Positions 19,493-29,852 of a stretch of DNA of 64,000 bases are shown piece after piece. The DNA is taken from the NCBI GenBank assembly GCA_965234725.1, contig CBDDUX010000010.1:1-64000 (forward strand), read 5' to 3'. A program made the translations under genes and the position numbers. The number at the start of each line of letters is the position of its first letter. Position 1 is the stretch's first letter. The notes below the pieces were generated by a model, which was not told the origin of the DNA, did not search any database, and was given only the letters and a program-made list of their open reading frames with translations. The stretch comes from Thermoplasmatota archaeon (GTDB taxonomy: Archaea; Thermoplasmatota; Penumbrarchaeia; Penumbrarchaeales; Penumbrarchaeaceae).

Positions 19493-22400
19493 TTACTTCT
19501 TTTCCGGAATGAGGAGTGTCACACCACATTCCTTGCAGGGGATCTCGGCGGGCCTCTTATCGATGCTGACAACCTGCTGTGTCTTGCACTGAGGGCACTT
19601 CACCTTGACGGCTTCCTTCTTTCCCGGAGAATCGCTTTGGAGCTTTCCTCCTGTCGGACCTGGTACAGTTGCGAGGGCTCCCGGAGCAGAGGGAAGGCCT
19701 GGTCCGGTCTTTGCCGGTGGTGCCGCAGGGGCTCCTGTTCCGGAGGCCTCCTTGATGACCTTCCTGGGTCCTGGTCCTGCACTCCTGTCGGTCTTCATCC
19801 TCTCTACCAGGGACTCAAGCTCCTTGATCTCCTTGTTCCTGTTATAGGCCAGACCGACAATGATAACGATGGCTATCAATGCCAGTATTACAAGGACGAT
19901 AAGTAGGGTCTGGTAGCCGATATAGTTCCTGAGGTTGAAGGCTGACACACTCCTGTCAATTTCCTGATCGTTGTTGTCCTCGTCCACCTCTATCAGACCC
20001 TGGTCGATCTCGGCCTTTATGGTGAAATCTCCGGTTGCTCCAGGCGTCCATGCGATCTTGAAGGTCTTCGTGGAGCCATTCGGTATGTCCATGGAATCCG
20101 ATGTGAAGGTGTTCCCGCCCACGGAGACCGTGACTGTAACGTCTTCAGCATCGGCCCGGCCCGTGTTGGTGATCGGGATCTCGATATCCACGGATTCGTC
20201 CTTTGCAAGGTCCGCATCCTTGGGGACACTCAGCTTTCCCATTACAAGCTCGGGGACCTGGGCATCGACATAGAGATACTGGTAGATCCTAGCGTTCCTG
20301 CCGTTTATGGAACCGTCATCGGGCCATATCTCGAACTTCAATGTTTGCTTACCGTCCTCAAACCCGGAGGTCTGGGAGAAGGTGATGGTCACCGTGATCT
20401 CCTGTGCCTCTCCTAGGGGAACTCTCGGATGGTCCGGTGAGACCTGGATGTCCCAGCCCGTGGGAGCGTTGGGTTTCTTTATGTAAAAAGTGTCGTCATC
20501 GTTCCCGCGGTTCTCCAGGGTGAAATAAAGCTTCAGATCATTCCTTTTATCGTTGACATCGTATACATAAGGATCATTGGACTCTCCGCCATCATCCACC
20601 TCTGAAACAATTACGTTGAACTCCTGATCCACATCCACTGTGAAAGTGATGATCTCCGGATCAGCATCCCTGTCACCTCTGGACTGGACCTCGATGTCGA
20701 AATCGTAATTTCCGGACTCGACATCCTCGGGATCGTTTACAAAGGGAATGGACGGATCAAAGGCGTCCTTTTCAAGGAGAGGGACCGTCACGTTGAGATA
20801 AACATAGGTCTCCTCTTCGGGATCAAGGGTCAGGAACTCTGCTGAAAGGGTACCCCATTCACGTTTCGTACCCTTTACATCCAGTTCATAGATATCCCTT
20901 GAGTTGCCCTTGTTAATTACCTTGAAACGGAAGGACACCTTCTCGCCTACCTGGGCATCTTCCTGATCCTCGTCGGATTCCAGGTTGTGCGAATATGTCT
21001 TTTCAACATCAACGCTCACAGTTAGGCTGTCCGTTGCCTTTTCCCTTTCGAACTTGTTGTTCGAATCACGTTCCACATCGATCTGGAACCTGTAGTTGCC
21101 GGCCATGGCTTCCTCATTGTCGTTGGGGACCCTTATGGTCAGGGTTATCTCTGTCTTGTCGTTGGTTGTACTTCCCAGTGCGTCCAGGGTGACCTTGGAC
21201 TTGGAGAGAGAACCCCAGGAGTCGGTATCGTCAAGTTCAAGGACATCTATTGTGAAAGTGTCTTGGTCGTTGCCCTGGTTCTGGACTTCCACCTTGAACT
21301 GAACGGTCTTGCCCACCTCGACGTCGAGGTTCTCGTCCTCGACCTCGATGGTGACACCGTATACCTGGTCGATCTCTACGGTAATCTCCTTCCAAGAGGT
21401 TACATAATCCTTCTCGGGGTTGTACTCCGAGTCATCCCCCTGGGATATCCACCTGAGCCTGAACTCGTATCTGCCCGTGAGAGTATCCATGGGAGCTTGA
21501 ACCCTGACAAATATATTGGTTGATTTGTCTGCGTCCACCTCGATTCCGGAGGGAGGGCTAATTGCCCAGTTTGCCCCGCTATCTGTTGAAAAAATGACCT
21601 CGAACTTTTCTGGAAGGTTCATCTCATCAAGTTCCAGCTTGAAGAAGTCGCTGCCAGTTCCGGCATTCTCAACCGTGTTGGTGAAAGTTCTTGCGAGAAC
21701 ATTTCCTCCCTGCGTGGAAAGGACATCGGTTCCCTCGGATGTCTTGATATAATCTTCACCGAAGATGTTGGCACCGTAAGCCTGCTTTACCTTGGTCTGA
21801 AGGATGATTGGGTTCGAATATTTATCATCCTCATCAGTGTCTCCCTCGCTGTAGGCCCATATCACGGTCTTCCAGGTGTCTGGATTGTAGTCATCCACCT
21901 GTACTGTTACTGTTATCGACTCCGATCCGGATTTGGGTATGGAATTGGTTACCTTCTTGGAAAGAACAACCTTGAACTCGTGATCTGTCTTGGTGAAGTT
22001 GTCCCAGTTTCCCTCGAAAGATACGGGCTTCGTGACAGTATCATCCAGAACCTGTATCTTGAACGTATCGGAGGATTCTCCTTTGTTAAGGACCTGAACG
22101 GTGTACTCCACTTCTGTGTAATCGAGGTCCACATCGGGAATGAGCTCCTTCGATGATTCGGCGGAGCTCAGCTCAACATCCCTTCTTGGAGAGACGGTCA
22201 CTGTAAGGGCTATGGTATCTGAAACACCGGTATCCCCAATCGAGCTTGCCTTTATTGTGAAAGCAACATCTCCGGCGGCAGCATTGTCATCCACAACTAT
22301 CTTGAGGGACAATGTCTTCGAAGCATCAATCGCCAGGTTATTCACGGTCTTCTCCAGGGTTGTCTTGACACCCCATTCCTCGGCCCAGGAGGCCTTTGAT

Positions 22401-25400
22401 GATGTAAGTGTCAGCTCATAGCTGTCAAGTGAATTCCCGGTATTCTTGAGCTGGACCTCGAAATTCACAATCTCTCCTGGTTCGGCCTCTTTCTTTGTAA
22501 CCGAATTCGCCACGGTGAGGTCAACACCGAAATCTTCAATCACCGTTACAACGAAAGAGGTGATAGTCCAGGTGGACCCTGAAGTTGTGGATACGTTGAA
22601 GAAGATCGTGAAGGTCTCTGCGACAGCATCGGCTTTTGCCTTGATATTTGCATAGACAGAGGATGCTTCGTTCGGTTTTAGATTGGATAAGGTTGAAGGT
22701 GAGATCGTCACCCAGCTCCTGTATTTTGCTGGGGTAAGTGTGTCGACCTTTACCGTCATGGTGGAAGGTTCGTTACCCTTGTTCGTTATATTCAATTCCA
22801 CATCGGTAAGTGTCTTTCCAGGTTCGACCTCGTCCGATCCCTGAGGAATAAGGAACTGTATCTTATTGACTGGCATCACCTTGACCTTCAGGGTGATATT
22901 GTCTATGATTATGTCATCCAGCTTCTGGGAGGTTGTCCCATCGGATATTGCTTCGAAGACCAAATCATATGTACCTGTCTCGATGATCTTGTCCTCAATA
23001 TCGGGAATGGTTACGGACACGGAAATGTATCTCTTCTGATAGGGGGCAAGGGTGATAGTGGACGGATTGATCACTAGGTTCTCGAAATCAAGTTCGTCCT
23101 TCACTTCGATCCTGAATGTGTCCGAAACCCTGGTTCCCCAGTTCTCAACTGATACATTGAATGTAGCAGAAGAACCCGGGAAGGCCTGTTCGAAGTTATC
23201 ATCGGTAGAAAGGTCCCCGGCGAACTTGTCCGCGAAGATCGCTGTGAAATATTTCTGGTCCATTATTGCGAGGTCTGTAGAATGGGTTGCTGTCACCTTG
23301 ACCCAGACGGATCCCAGATCCGGGTCGGCGCCTGTCTTGATGGTAGCTGTCAGTTTGATGGTCTCCTGAGCCAGAGGAGCAAGGACCTTGGTCGTCAGGT
23401 TCGAGTTTGGTATTGTGAAAGACACATCGGAACCGTAGTTGGGATGCTCGAGTGAGATCTGGTAGTAGTCAGGGGATGTACCTCTGTTCTGAACGATCAC
23501 ACTGAATTCAACAGAAGAACCGATATTGACCTGAGACGAGTTCACACCTGCCAGGATCTTGACCCTGTGGACCGGCTGAAGGACCAGGGAAAGCGTGATC
23601 TCCGCCTTCTTGTCATCCATATTATTGGTTATGGTTCCATTATCGCTTATCGCTTCTACTACAAAGAAATAGGTCCCTGCATCAACTCCGGACCCGATCT
23701 TTGGCATCTCCATCACAAGCTTGGCTGCCTTGGAGGAATCCGTTTCTATGGTTGCCTTGGCCTGTTGGTTATCTGCGAAGTATATCGAGTAAAGGCCAGC
23801 GAAGTTTGAAGGGGCCGTCTTTACCTTCACTGTGATCGAATCGTCCTGACCGGAACCCCTGTTGTAGACATCCATATTGAATGTGACGGATTCCGGTGTA
23901 CCTGATGTATTGGAGAACTTGCCCTTCACACTCTGCTTGTTCGCCGAGATGTCAACGTTGAACAGCTGAGGTATCCTGACGGAAAGCCAGAGGTTCTTGT
24001 ACACATTGCTGTTAGTCGAACTCGCATTGATCTTGAACCTGTAGGTTCCCTGTGTGGCATTGGAAGGTGCACTCGCGGTCAAATTGAAGTAGTAGTATTG
24101 ATCCGATTCGAGAAGGGGAGTGGTGGCCGAGGAGACAAGCGGAGACCATTCAGTTTGAATACCCGGTGTCTCACCTATTACGGATATATCGAATGAATCC
24201 TTTCCATTTCCCTTGTTCTGAAGCCTTACGAGCATCTTGTAATCCTTCCCGGGTTGCCCTGAGGGGATGATCGCGCCATTGGGTGCGTCAAGGAATGCTC
24301 CGTATTTTTTATTGATAACTGTGAAGAAGTCCGAATGGGCGGAGGGTCCATGGGTGGAGTTCACATAAAGCCTCATCCTGTAGGACTGGGCCTTCACAAC
24401 GTCGGAATCCGGGTTTATCGTAACGTTGATAAGCTGGCTCGCTCCCGCTGCGAGGGAAAGAGAGGATGGTTCCACCGATGAATCCTCAAAACCTTCCGGA
24501 TAGTTGAGTTCCAGATCGAAATCGTCCTGATCGTTCCCTTTATTTGTTATCTTGAATGAGTAAACGATCGAGCCGTCTGGATCAACGGGTTTGGATGAAG
24601 GACCGTTGTTCTGGACCGAAATATCATAGTAAGGTTTCACCACGCAGGATACCTTGACCTGTCTCTTGATGAGATTGTCGCCTACTGATGTTGCATTGAT
24701 GTAGAATTCCCCTTTGGAATTGACCACGGGGTTGTAGGATTTTGAAGGTGTGTAGACGAAGAACGTTACATTAACGGATCCGTCAGCCTGGATCTTGGAG
24801 GTAGTGGTGGTGGAAAGATCTCCTCCCCATCCCTTTGCAATATACTGTGGTGGAACATAGTATTCAAGATTATACTGATCCTCACCATTGCCTATATTGG
24901 TGATCCTGACATTGAAGTTGACAACCCTGTCATTTATGATGTCAACCTGTTTCACACCCTCGGAGGATATGGACACCTTGAACTTCTGGTTGACATTTGC
25001 AGTGATGGTCCTTGTTGCCGTCGTGGAATCATCTGTAACTGATGATGCCTTAACAACGAACTGATACGATTGGGCCTTTGCACTGGTGGGCGCCTGGACC
25101 GTCATCGTGGCATTCTTGGTCGTGCCCGGATCGAACTTTCCTGTATCGAAGTCCACAGAGGCGGACCAACCGGTCGGTACTGTTATCGCTTCAAGGGAAT
25201 AACCGTCCTTATCGTTACCCTCGTTCTTCACTGTGAAAGAATAGGAGGTCGATGCACCCGGGTCAACGCTGTTGATCCCGGGAGAGGTTATTGATACCCC
25301 GTACGTCCTCTTCAGGACCGTTGAAAGAAGTACACTGGCCGTGGAGTTGGTTGGATCGTTCTGGGATGTGACCTTTATTGTAGCGAAACAGTATGAAGAG

Positions 25401-25759
25401 ATATCCACCCCTGTTGAAGGTGCCCTTACGGTCACGGTGAAAGTTGCGGTGGATCCGCTCCCAACGTTCGAAGTGGCAGTCTGGCTGAGCTGGACCGTCC
25501 AGGTCGTCGGACTCTTTGAAACGTTCGAGGTAATGGAGTACCTGTCACCGTTGTTCCCTTCGTTCTTGATAGTCATAAGGTAGGAGACCTGCTGGCCTGC
25601 AGCTACCTCCTTGCTTGCATTATCCGATGTGAGGCTAACGTCGTATGCCGAAGCGGAACTGGCAAAAGGCATATTATATACCAGTATGGCGAGACCGCTT
25701 CCGAGCAGCATCACGACTATCGCGAGCCTTAGCAGCTTGATGTTTCCGGAACTGTTCAT
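19493..25759 (-). CDS. Giant (2088 aa) cell-surface protein: about 15 Ig-like (COG1470/NEW3-like) repeats, CARDB, TM, cytoplasmic zinc ribbon
   Basis: Signal peptide; 15 x-x-N-x-G-(N/S/T/E)...D-type motifs spaced about 105-140 aa; CARDB-like PELV..ITNTG..A.DV..IEVDEDNN; TM; CPQC...CKEC. Confidence 0.85.
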   Translation of the reverse strand: MNSSGNIKLLRLAIVVMLLGSGLAILVYNMPFASSASAYDVSLTSDNASKEVAAGQQVSYLMTIKNEGNNGDRYSITSNVSKSPTTWTVQLSQTATSNVGSGSTATFTVTVRAPSTGVDISSYCFATIKVTSQNDPTNSTASVLLSTVLKRTYGVSITSPGINSVDPGASTSYSFTVKNEGNDKDGYSLEAITVPTGWSASVDFDTGKFDPGTTKNATMTVQAPTSAKAQSYQFVVKASSVTDDSTTATRTITANVNQKFKVSISSEGVKQVDIINDRVVNFNVRITNIGNGEDQYNLEYYVPPQYIAKGWGGDLSTTTTSKIQADGSVNVTFFVYTPSKSYNPVVNSKGEFYINATSVGDNLIKRQVKVSCVVKPYYDISVQNNGPSSKPVDPDGSIVYSFKITNKGNDQDDFDLELNYPEGFEDSSVEPSSLSLAAGASQLINVTINPDSDVVKAQSYRMRLYVNSTHGPSAHSDFFTVINKKYGAFLDAPNGAIIPSGQPGKDYKMLVRLQNKGNGKDSFDISVIGETPGIQTEWSPLVSSATTPLLESDQYYYFNLTASAPSNATQGTYRFKINASSTNSNVYKNLWLSVRIPQLFNVDISANKQSVKGKFSNTSGTPESVTFNMDVYNRGSGQDDSITVKVKTAPSNFAGLYSIYFADNQQAKATIETDSSKAAKLVMEMPKIGSGVDAGTYFFVVEAISDNGTITNNMDDKKAEITLSLVLQPVHRVKILAGVNSSQVNIGSSVEFSVIVQNRGTSPDYYQISLEHPNYGSDVSFTIPNSNLTTKVLAPLAQETIKLTATIKTGADPDLGSVWVKVTATHSTDLAIMDQKYFTAIFADKFAGDLSTDDNFEQAFPGSSATFNVSVENWGTRVSDTFRIEVKDELDFENLVINPSTITLAPYQKRYISVSVTIPDIEDKIIETGTYDLVFEAISDGTTSQKLDDIIIDNITLKVKVMPVNKIQFLIPQGSDEVEPGKTLTDVELNITNKGNEPSTMTVKVDTLTPAKYRSWVTISPSTLSNLKPNEASSVYANIKAKADAVAETFTIFFNVSTTSGSTWTITSFVVTVIEDFGVDLTVANSVTKKEAEPGEIVNFEVQLKNTGNSLDSYELTLTSSKASWAEEWGVKTTLEKTVNNLAIDASKTLSLKIVVDDNAAAGDVAFTIKASSIGDTGVSDTIALTVTVSPRRDVELSSAESSKELIPDVDLDYTEVEYTVQVLNKGESSDTFKIQVLDDTVTKPVSFEGNWDNFTKTDHEFKVVLSKKVTNSIPKSGSESITVTVQVDDYNPDTWKTVIWAYSEGDTDEDDKYSNPIILQTKVKQAYGANIFGEDYIKTSEGTDVLSTQGGNVLARTFTNTVENAGTGSDFFKLELDEMNLPEKFEVIFSTDSGANWAISPPSGIEVDADKSTNIFVRVQAPMDTLTGRYEFRLRWISQGDDSEYNPEKDYVTSWKEITVEIDQVYGVTIEVEDENLDVEVGKTVQFKVEVQNQGNDQDTFTIDVLELDDTDSWGSLSKSKVTLDALGSTTNDKTEITLTIRVPNDNEEAMAGNYRFQIDVERDSNNKFEREKATDSLTVSVDVEKTYSHNLESDEDQEDAQVGEKVSFRFKVINKGNSRDIYELDVKGTKREWGTLSAEFLTLDPEEETYVYLNVTVPLLEKDAFDPSIPFVNDPEDVESGNYDFDIEVQSRGDRDADPEIITFTVDVDQEFNVIVSEVDDGGESNDPYVYDVNDKRNDLKLYFTLENRGNDDDTFYIKKPNAPTGWDIQVSPDHPRVPLGEAQEITVTITFSQTSGFEDGKQTLKFEIWPDDGSINGRNARIYQYLYVDAQVPELVMGKLSVPKDADLAKDESVDIEIPITNTGRADAEDVTVTVSVGGNTFTSDSMDIPNGSTKTFKIAWTPGATGDFTIKAEIDQGLIEVDEDNNDQEIDRSVSAFNLRNYIGYQTLLIVLVILALIAIVIIVGLAYNRNKEIKELESLVERMKTDRSAGPGPRKVIKEASGTGAPAAPPAKTGPGLPSAPGALATVPGPTGGKLQSDSPGKKEAVKVKCPQCKTQQVVSIDKRPAEIPCKECGVTLLIPEKK

Positions 25760-25800
25760 TTTATCCCTCTACTTGTGTGAGACAAGGGACCATATTTAAC

Positions 25801-25930
25801 CTTTATTGGATATCAATCTAGATAATGAATGATTTTTGTAATATATTCAATTGAAAAATACATATATATATAATATATCTGTAAGACAATTAATAAAAAA
25901 AGAATATAAATAATAGGAAATATATATACA
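25801..25930. promoter_or_regulatory. Very AT-rich divergent promoter region
   Basis: 19 G+C in 120 nt (25801-25920), far below the flanking coding DNA; several TATA-like runs. Confidence 0.55.
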
Positions 25931-25975
25931 TTCCCGAAAGGAGTTGATAATATAGGCGAACTTCTGACCCTCCGG

Positions 25976-26707
25976 TTGGAGGAGAAGGACAAGAAAGCAC
26001 TGGCTCTGTCTTCCAACCTATCCGAATTGCCCATTTCCAGAGTGATATCCCCTTTTATAGAAGAAGGTATCAGGATCTCTCTGGGATCCATCCTCCTATT
26101 CCATATTGATAGGTCCAAGGTCTTCGACAGAAGGGATCTTTCCAACTTCACTGTAATGATCCTGGAACCCACACGAACAGGAGAAGGGATGATCCGAAGG
26201 GGCCCTGATGAGGTCCGAAAGATATCTCCAAGGGTGGTCTGGGATTTCTTCGACCTGCTGGCAGAGGGACGAGTCCTTAAAAGGTTGGAGGAGGTCATGG
26301 ATGATGTCAAGATAGGAATGGACCCCTCCTATGTAACCCCCTCTTTCTTGAGGACCCTTTGCTATAAGCTGGGAGAGGATTACCTGTCCTCCGGCGGAAG
26401 CATGGAGCGATTGGACTATCAATTGGCTTCCGAGATATTCTATTCGTCGATGCTGGAGGATTTCTACAGATACAATGCCCTCGGAACAGAAAGGGCGCTT
26501 TCCTCACAGTTATACACTCACCAGGGACTCATGAAGGAGCTTTCAAGGGAAATGGTAGACCGTTATTTTGAAAGGACAAGGCAGAGAAAGTTCCAGGCAA
26601 TAGAATTAGCTTCCCCGCCAAAAACAAGAGGCAGACCTCCCAAAAAGAGGATCAAGGCCCTTCCGCCTGGAAAGGTCGTTGCAAAGGAAATGACAGATGA
26701 TCGATGA
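25976..26707 (+). CDS. Hypothetical protein with C-terminal AT-hook-like motif
   Basis: Long ORF; PPKTRGRPPKKR near the C-terminus. Confidence 0.6.
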   Translation: MEEKDKKALALSSNLSELPISRVISPFIEEGIRISLGSILLFHIDRSKVFDRRDLSNFTVMILEPTRTGEGMIRRGPDEVRKISPRVVWDFFDLLAEGRVLKRLEEVMDDVKIGMDPSYVTPSFLRTLCYKLGEDYLSSGGSMERLDYQLASEIFYSSMLEDFYRYNALGTERALSSQLYTHQGLMKELSREMVDRYFERTRQRKFQAIELASPPKTRGRPPKKRIKALPPGKVVAKEMTDDR

Positions 26708-27547
26708 TCATCCGTACATGGAAGGGAGTGGGGCTGAACTCTTACCGCCGGGTTTGGTCACTTTCTGGAAACCTCTCATCTTAGCTTCCAGCAGGTCGGC
26801 CTCGGCATATAGTGGACCCAGATCTATCTCCAGATAAGGGATGATGTCCTTCAACTTCTCGATGATAGTGGCAGCAGCCCTGGCATCCGGGATATTGTCC
26901 CTTGCTTGGGCAAGAAGACAGGTCACCTCAAAGTTCCTCTTCTTACCTTCATTCAGCAGGACACCCGGTATACCCGAGATCAAACCCTCCGGAAACACAG
27001 GGATATTGGATGCATTCATCCTTTCCCTGCCCGAGGGAGTGGATGAGATGCCGTAGACTTGTTTGATATCCACAGGTTGGGCAATGTTGGTCACTATCTT
27101 ATCCTTATCATCCTCTTCCTCTTCTTCCCCTTCGGTTTCAACACCGGGAGGAGAATCCTCTCTCTCGATAACGAGGCCCTCGGGTGAGAGAAGACAGGAG
27201 CATTTCTGTTCCTCCGCCCAATCAAGTACGGTATTACATATCATCTTGATCAGGTTTGAGGGAGGTTGGAACTCAGAAAGGAAAACCACCAATCTCGTCC
27301 AATCACCATCGGGACCTTCCAGGTCTCCTGCATAGAACCTGACGGGATGATGGGGTTCCCCGTCCCTTACAACTGAAACAGTGGGAAAATATATGGAGTC
27401 CATCACGCCAATGAGCTCCATGTCCAATGCTGCCACTATGTAGCTGGCTGTGATCGTACTTACAAGGCCAACACTTGGAAAACCGTCTAAAATGAAAGCA
27501 TCCCTGAGGTCAAGCCGTCTGTATTCATAGATATCAATGTCATCCAT
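26708..27547 (-). CDS. PAC2-family proteasome assembly chaperone
   Basis: GFPSVGLVSTI.ASY, HPVRFY, GLISGIPGVLL, PDARAAA, ID..PL..EA, C-terminal MYG. Confidence 0.88.
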   Translation of the reverse strand: MDDIDIYEYRRLDLRDAFILDGFPSVGLVSTITASYIVAALDMELIGVMDSIYFPTVSVVRDGEPHHPVRFYAGDLEGPDGDWTRLVVFLSEFQPPSNLIKMICNTVLDWAEEQKCSCLLSPEGLVIEREDSPPGVETEGEEEEEDDKDKIVTNIAQPVDIKQVYGISSTPSGRERMNASNIPVFPEGLISGIPGVLLNEGKKRNFEVTCLLAQARDNIPDARAAATIIEKLKDIIPYLEIDLGPLYAEADLLEAKMRGFQKVTKPGGKSSAPLPSMYG

Positions 27548-27659
27548 ATCAAATACCCCATCAAAGGTCAGAATAGACCGGATGAGCATGGTCTACAAAT
27601 AAAACCTTGTCGATTGGATCAAGGAATATAGGATGGAACATTCTATTTGAAAAGATAAT

Positions 27660-27863
27660 TCAATAGTATCTCTTCTTCTTCCAGTATGCTTCGAGCCTAC
27701 GCTCGAGGATCTTGACATCCCGATCTATTTCCATGGACAGAAGCTCCGATAGTCCATCTACATCCTCGGGATCACAGACCTGAGAATGTTTCCAATCGGT
27801 AATGGTACTGCCGTATTTACCCTTCTTTAGGTCCCCCGTGTCCATGGATATCACTGTCCCCAA
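27660..27863 (-). CDS. Small hypothetical protein
   Basis: 67-codon ORF filling the gap, TATA-like TTTTAAATA upstream. Confidence 0.45.
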   Translation of the reverse strand: MGTVISMDTGDLKKGKYGSTITDWKHSQVCDPEDVDGLSELLSMEIDRDVKILERRLEAYWKKKRYY

Positions 27864-27968
27864 CTATCCAGCAAGTAGGGAGATATTTAAAAGTCACCTC
27901 CATTTTTCCCTTTTATATCACCTAACGCCTGAAAAAGAGGCAAATGATATATCTAGCAAATCGATGGG

Positions 27969-28643
27969 GTGATGATGAACAGGCCCTATGTTCACATCAA
28001 CTGCGCTTCCACTTTGGACGGGAGGATCTCAAGACCAGATGGTTTGAGACTGAGGATATCATGTGAAGAGGACATCCGTAGGGTCCATCAGCTTAGACAG
28101 GAGATGGGTTCGATCCTAGTGGGAGCCGGTACGATGATCGCAGATGATCCGAAGCTGACTGTGAAATCCTCTATACTACCTCATCCGAAACCGTTGAACA
28201 AGATAGTGATCGATGGAAAGGGAAGGGTCCCGGTAGGATCCAGATCCTTCAGGACACAGGGAAGGTCCATTGTTGCGGTCACCGAAGAAGCCGATATGGA
28301 CAATGTCAAAGAGCTTGAGGCTGCCTCAAAGAGAGAAGAATTCGATCTGGAGGTCCTCATCCTGGAAGGAGATGAAGGGCGTTTGGATCTGAGAGACCTT
28401 TTGATCAAATTGAAGGAGATGGATGTTGAAGCGGTCCTTGTGGAAGGGGGGTCCTCAATAATCCGACAGTTCGTTGAAAAGAACCTTTTTGATAGATTCA
28501 CGATCTATTACGGACCCATCGTGATCGGTGGAAGAGGTCCTTCGATAGTCGATATATTGGAGGCAGGACCGATCGCCCTAAATATCGACAAAGCGGAGCC
28601 ACTGGGTGAAGGATTGCTGGTGGAAATCGGGAACTTTGCCTGA
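27969..28643 (+). CDS. RibD C-terminal-type pyrimidine reductase (2,5-diamino-6-ribosylamino-pyrimidinone 5'-phosphate reductase)
   Basis: RPYVHINCASTLDGRI, RVHQLR, ILVGAGT..ADDPKLTV, VLVEGGS. Confidence 0.88.
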   Translation: MMMNRPYVHINCASTLDGRISRPDGLRLRISCEEDIRRVHQLRQEMGSILVGAGTMIADDPKLTVKSSILPHPKPLNKIVIDGKGRVPVGSRSFRTQGRSIVAVTEEADMDNVKELEAASKREEFDLEVLILEGDEGRLDLRDLLIKLKEMDVEAVLVEGGSSIIRQFVEKNLFDRFTIYYGPIVIGGRGPSIVDILEAGPIALNIDKAEPLGEGLLVEIGNFA

Positions 28644-28645
28644 TC

Positions 28646-29779
28646 TCATCCATTGAAAAGGGTCCTTTCTCCCTGTATGTCAAGAAGCTTTTTGATGGCC
28701 TTCTTCTCCCTTATTCCAGGGTGTTTCGGGACATCGACCTTAACACGTATGTAGATCTCACCTGTCCTCTTTGGATATCTGAGATCCGGCATTCCTTTTC
28801 CCTTTACCCTCAGGATCGAATCGGATGCTGTTCCGGAAGGTATCTTGAGCTCCATCTTCCCATCAAGTGTAGGAACCTCTACCTTAGATCCCAGAACGGC
28901 CTGTGGGTATGTGATGGTTATATGTCCGTGAAGGTCGTTCCCATCCCTCTGATAGAAACTGTGAGGTCTGACCTCAATTATCACATAGAGATCACCAGGA
29001 GGTGCCCCCCTCTCACCGGCATCACCCATGCCAGAGACCCTCAACCGGGTCCCATTGTCAACACCCATGGGTATGTTGATGCTCTTCTTCTCGGTCTTTC
29101 TGACCTTTCTTTTTCCCCTGCATTTCTTGCAGGGATCCGTGATAATCCTCCCCTCGCCTCCACATTTGTGACATTGTTTAGTTGTTACGTACTGAACCGG
29201 TCCGAGGTTCTTCACGATCCTCTGGGCACCGGAACCGTGACATTCGGGGCATTGTTCCGGTTCCGAGCCATCCTCGGATCCGGTTCCATCACAAACCGGA
29301 CAGAGGATCAGATGGGGAACTTCGACCTCCCTTTCGATACCTGATGCAGCTTCTTGAAGGGATATCCTGATGTGTGCGACCCTGTCATCACCCTGGATCG
29401 GCCTTCTCCTTCCCTGCGACCTTCCCCCAAACATATCACCGAAAGAATCGTCGCCTCCGAAAAAAGAGCCGAATCCACCCCCGAAAGACCTCATGAACAT
29501 ACTGAGAGCGTCGTCCAGATCGAGGTGCTGGTATTGATAGTGGGGCATGCCCCCTTCATCATCCGAGGCAAATCCGAACTGATCGTATTGGCTCCGTTTA
29601 TCCGGATCGCTAAGGACCTCGTAAGCTTCTGTCACTTCAGTGAACTTTTCAGCTGCGCTCTTATCATCAGGGTTCCTGTCGGGATGGTATTTCAATGCCA
29701 GTTTCCTGTAGGCCTTCTCGATATCCTCCTTGGATACGTCCCTTGAAAGGCCCAGTATCTCATAGAAATCCTTCTTCAT
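28646..29779 (-). CDS. dnaJ: Molecular chaperone DnaJ
   Basis: J domain with HPD, G/F region, four CxxCxGxG-type repeats, C-terminal domain. Confidence 0.97.
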   Translation of the reverse strand: MKKDFYEILGLSRDVSKEDIEKAYRKLALKYHPDRNPDDKSAAEKFTEVTEAYEVLSDPDKRSQYDQFGFASDDEGGMPHYQYQHLDLDDALSMFMRSFGGGFGSFFGGDDSFGDMFGGRSQGRRRPIQGDDRVAHIRISLQEAASGIEREVEVPHLILCPVCDGTGSEDGSEPEQCPECHGSGAQRIVKNLGPVQYVTTKQCHKCGGEGRIITDPCKKCRGKRKVRKTEKKSINIPMGVDNGTRLRVSGMGDAGERGAPPGDLYVIIEVRPHSFYQRDGNDLHGHITITYPQAVLGSKVEVPTLDGKMELKIPSGTASDSILRVKGKGMPDLRYPKRTGEIYIRVKVDVPKHPGIREKKAIKKLLDIQGERTLFNG

Positions 29780-29852
29780 CCCGATTCACTCCCACTAAAG
29801 GATGGAGAGGCCGATGGAGAGACTGAATAATAACCCCATCGGCCCTTTTGTC

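Noticed and set aside
25801-25930. AT-rich tract as a replication origin (DUE)
   Set aside because: No ORB-like repeats with G-strings and no adjacent orc1/cdc6; divergent promoters explain it
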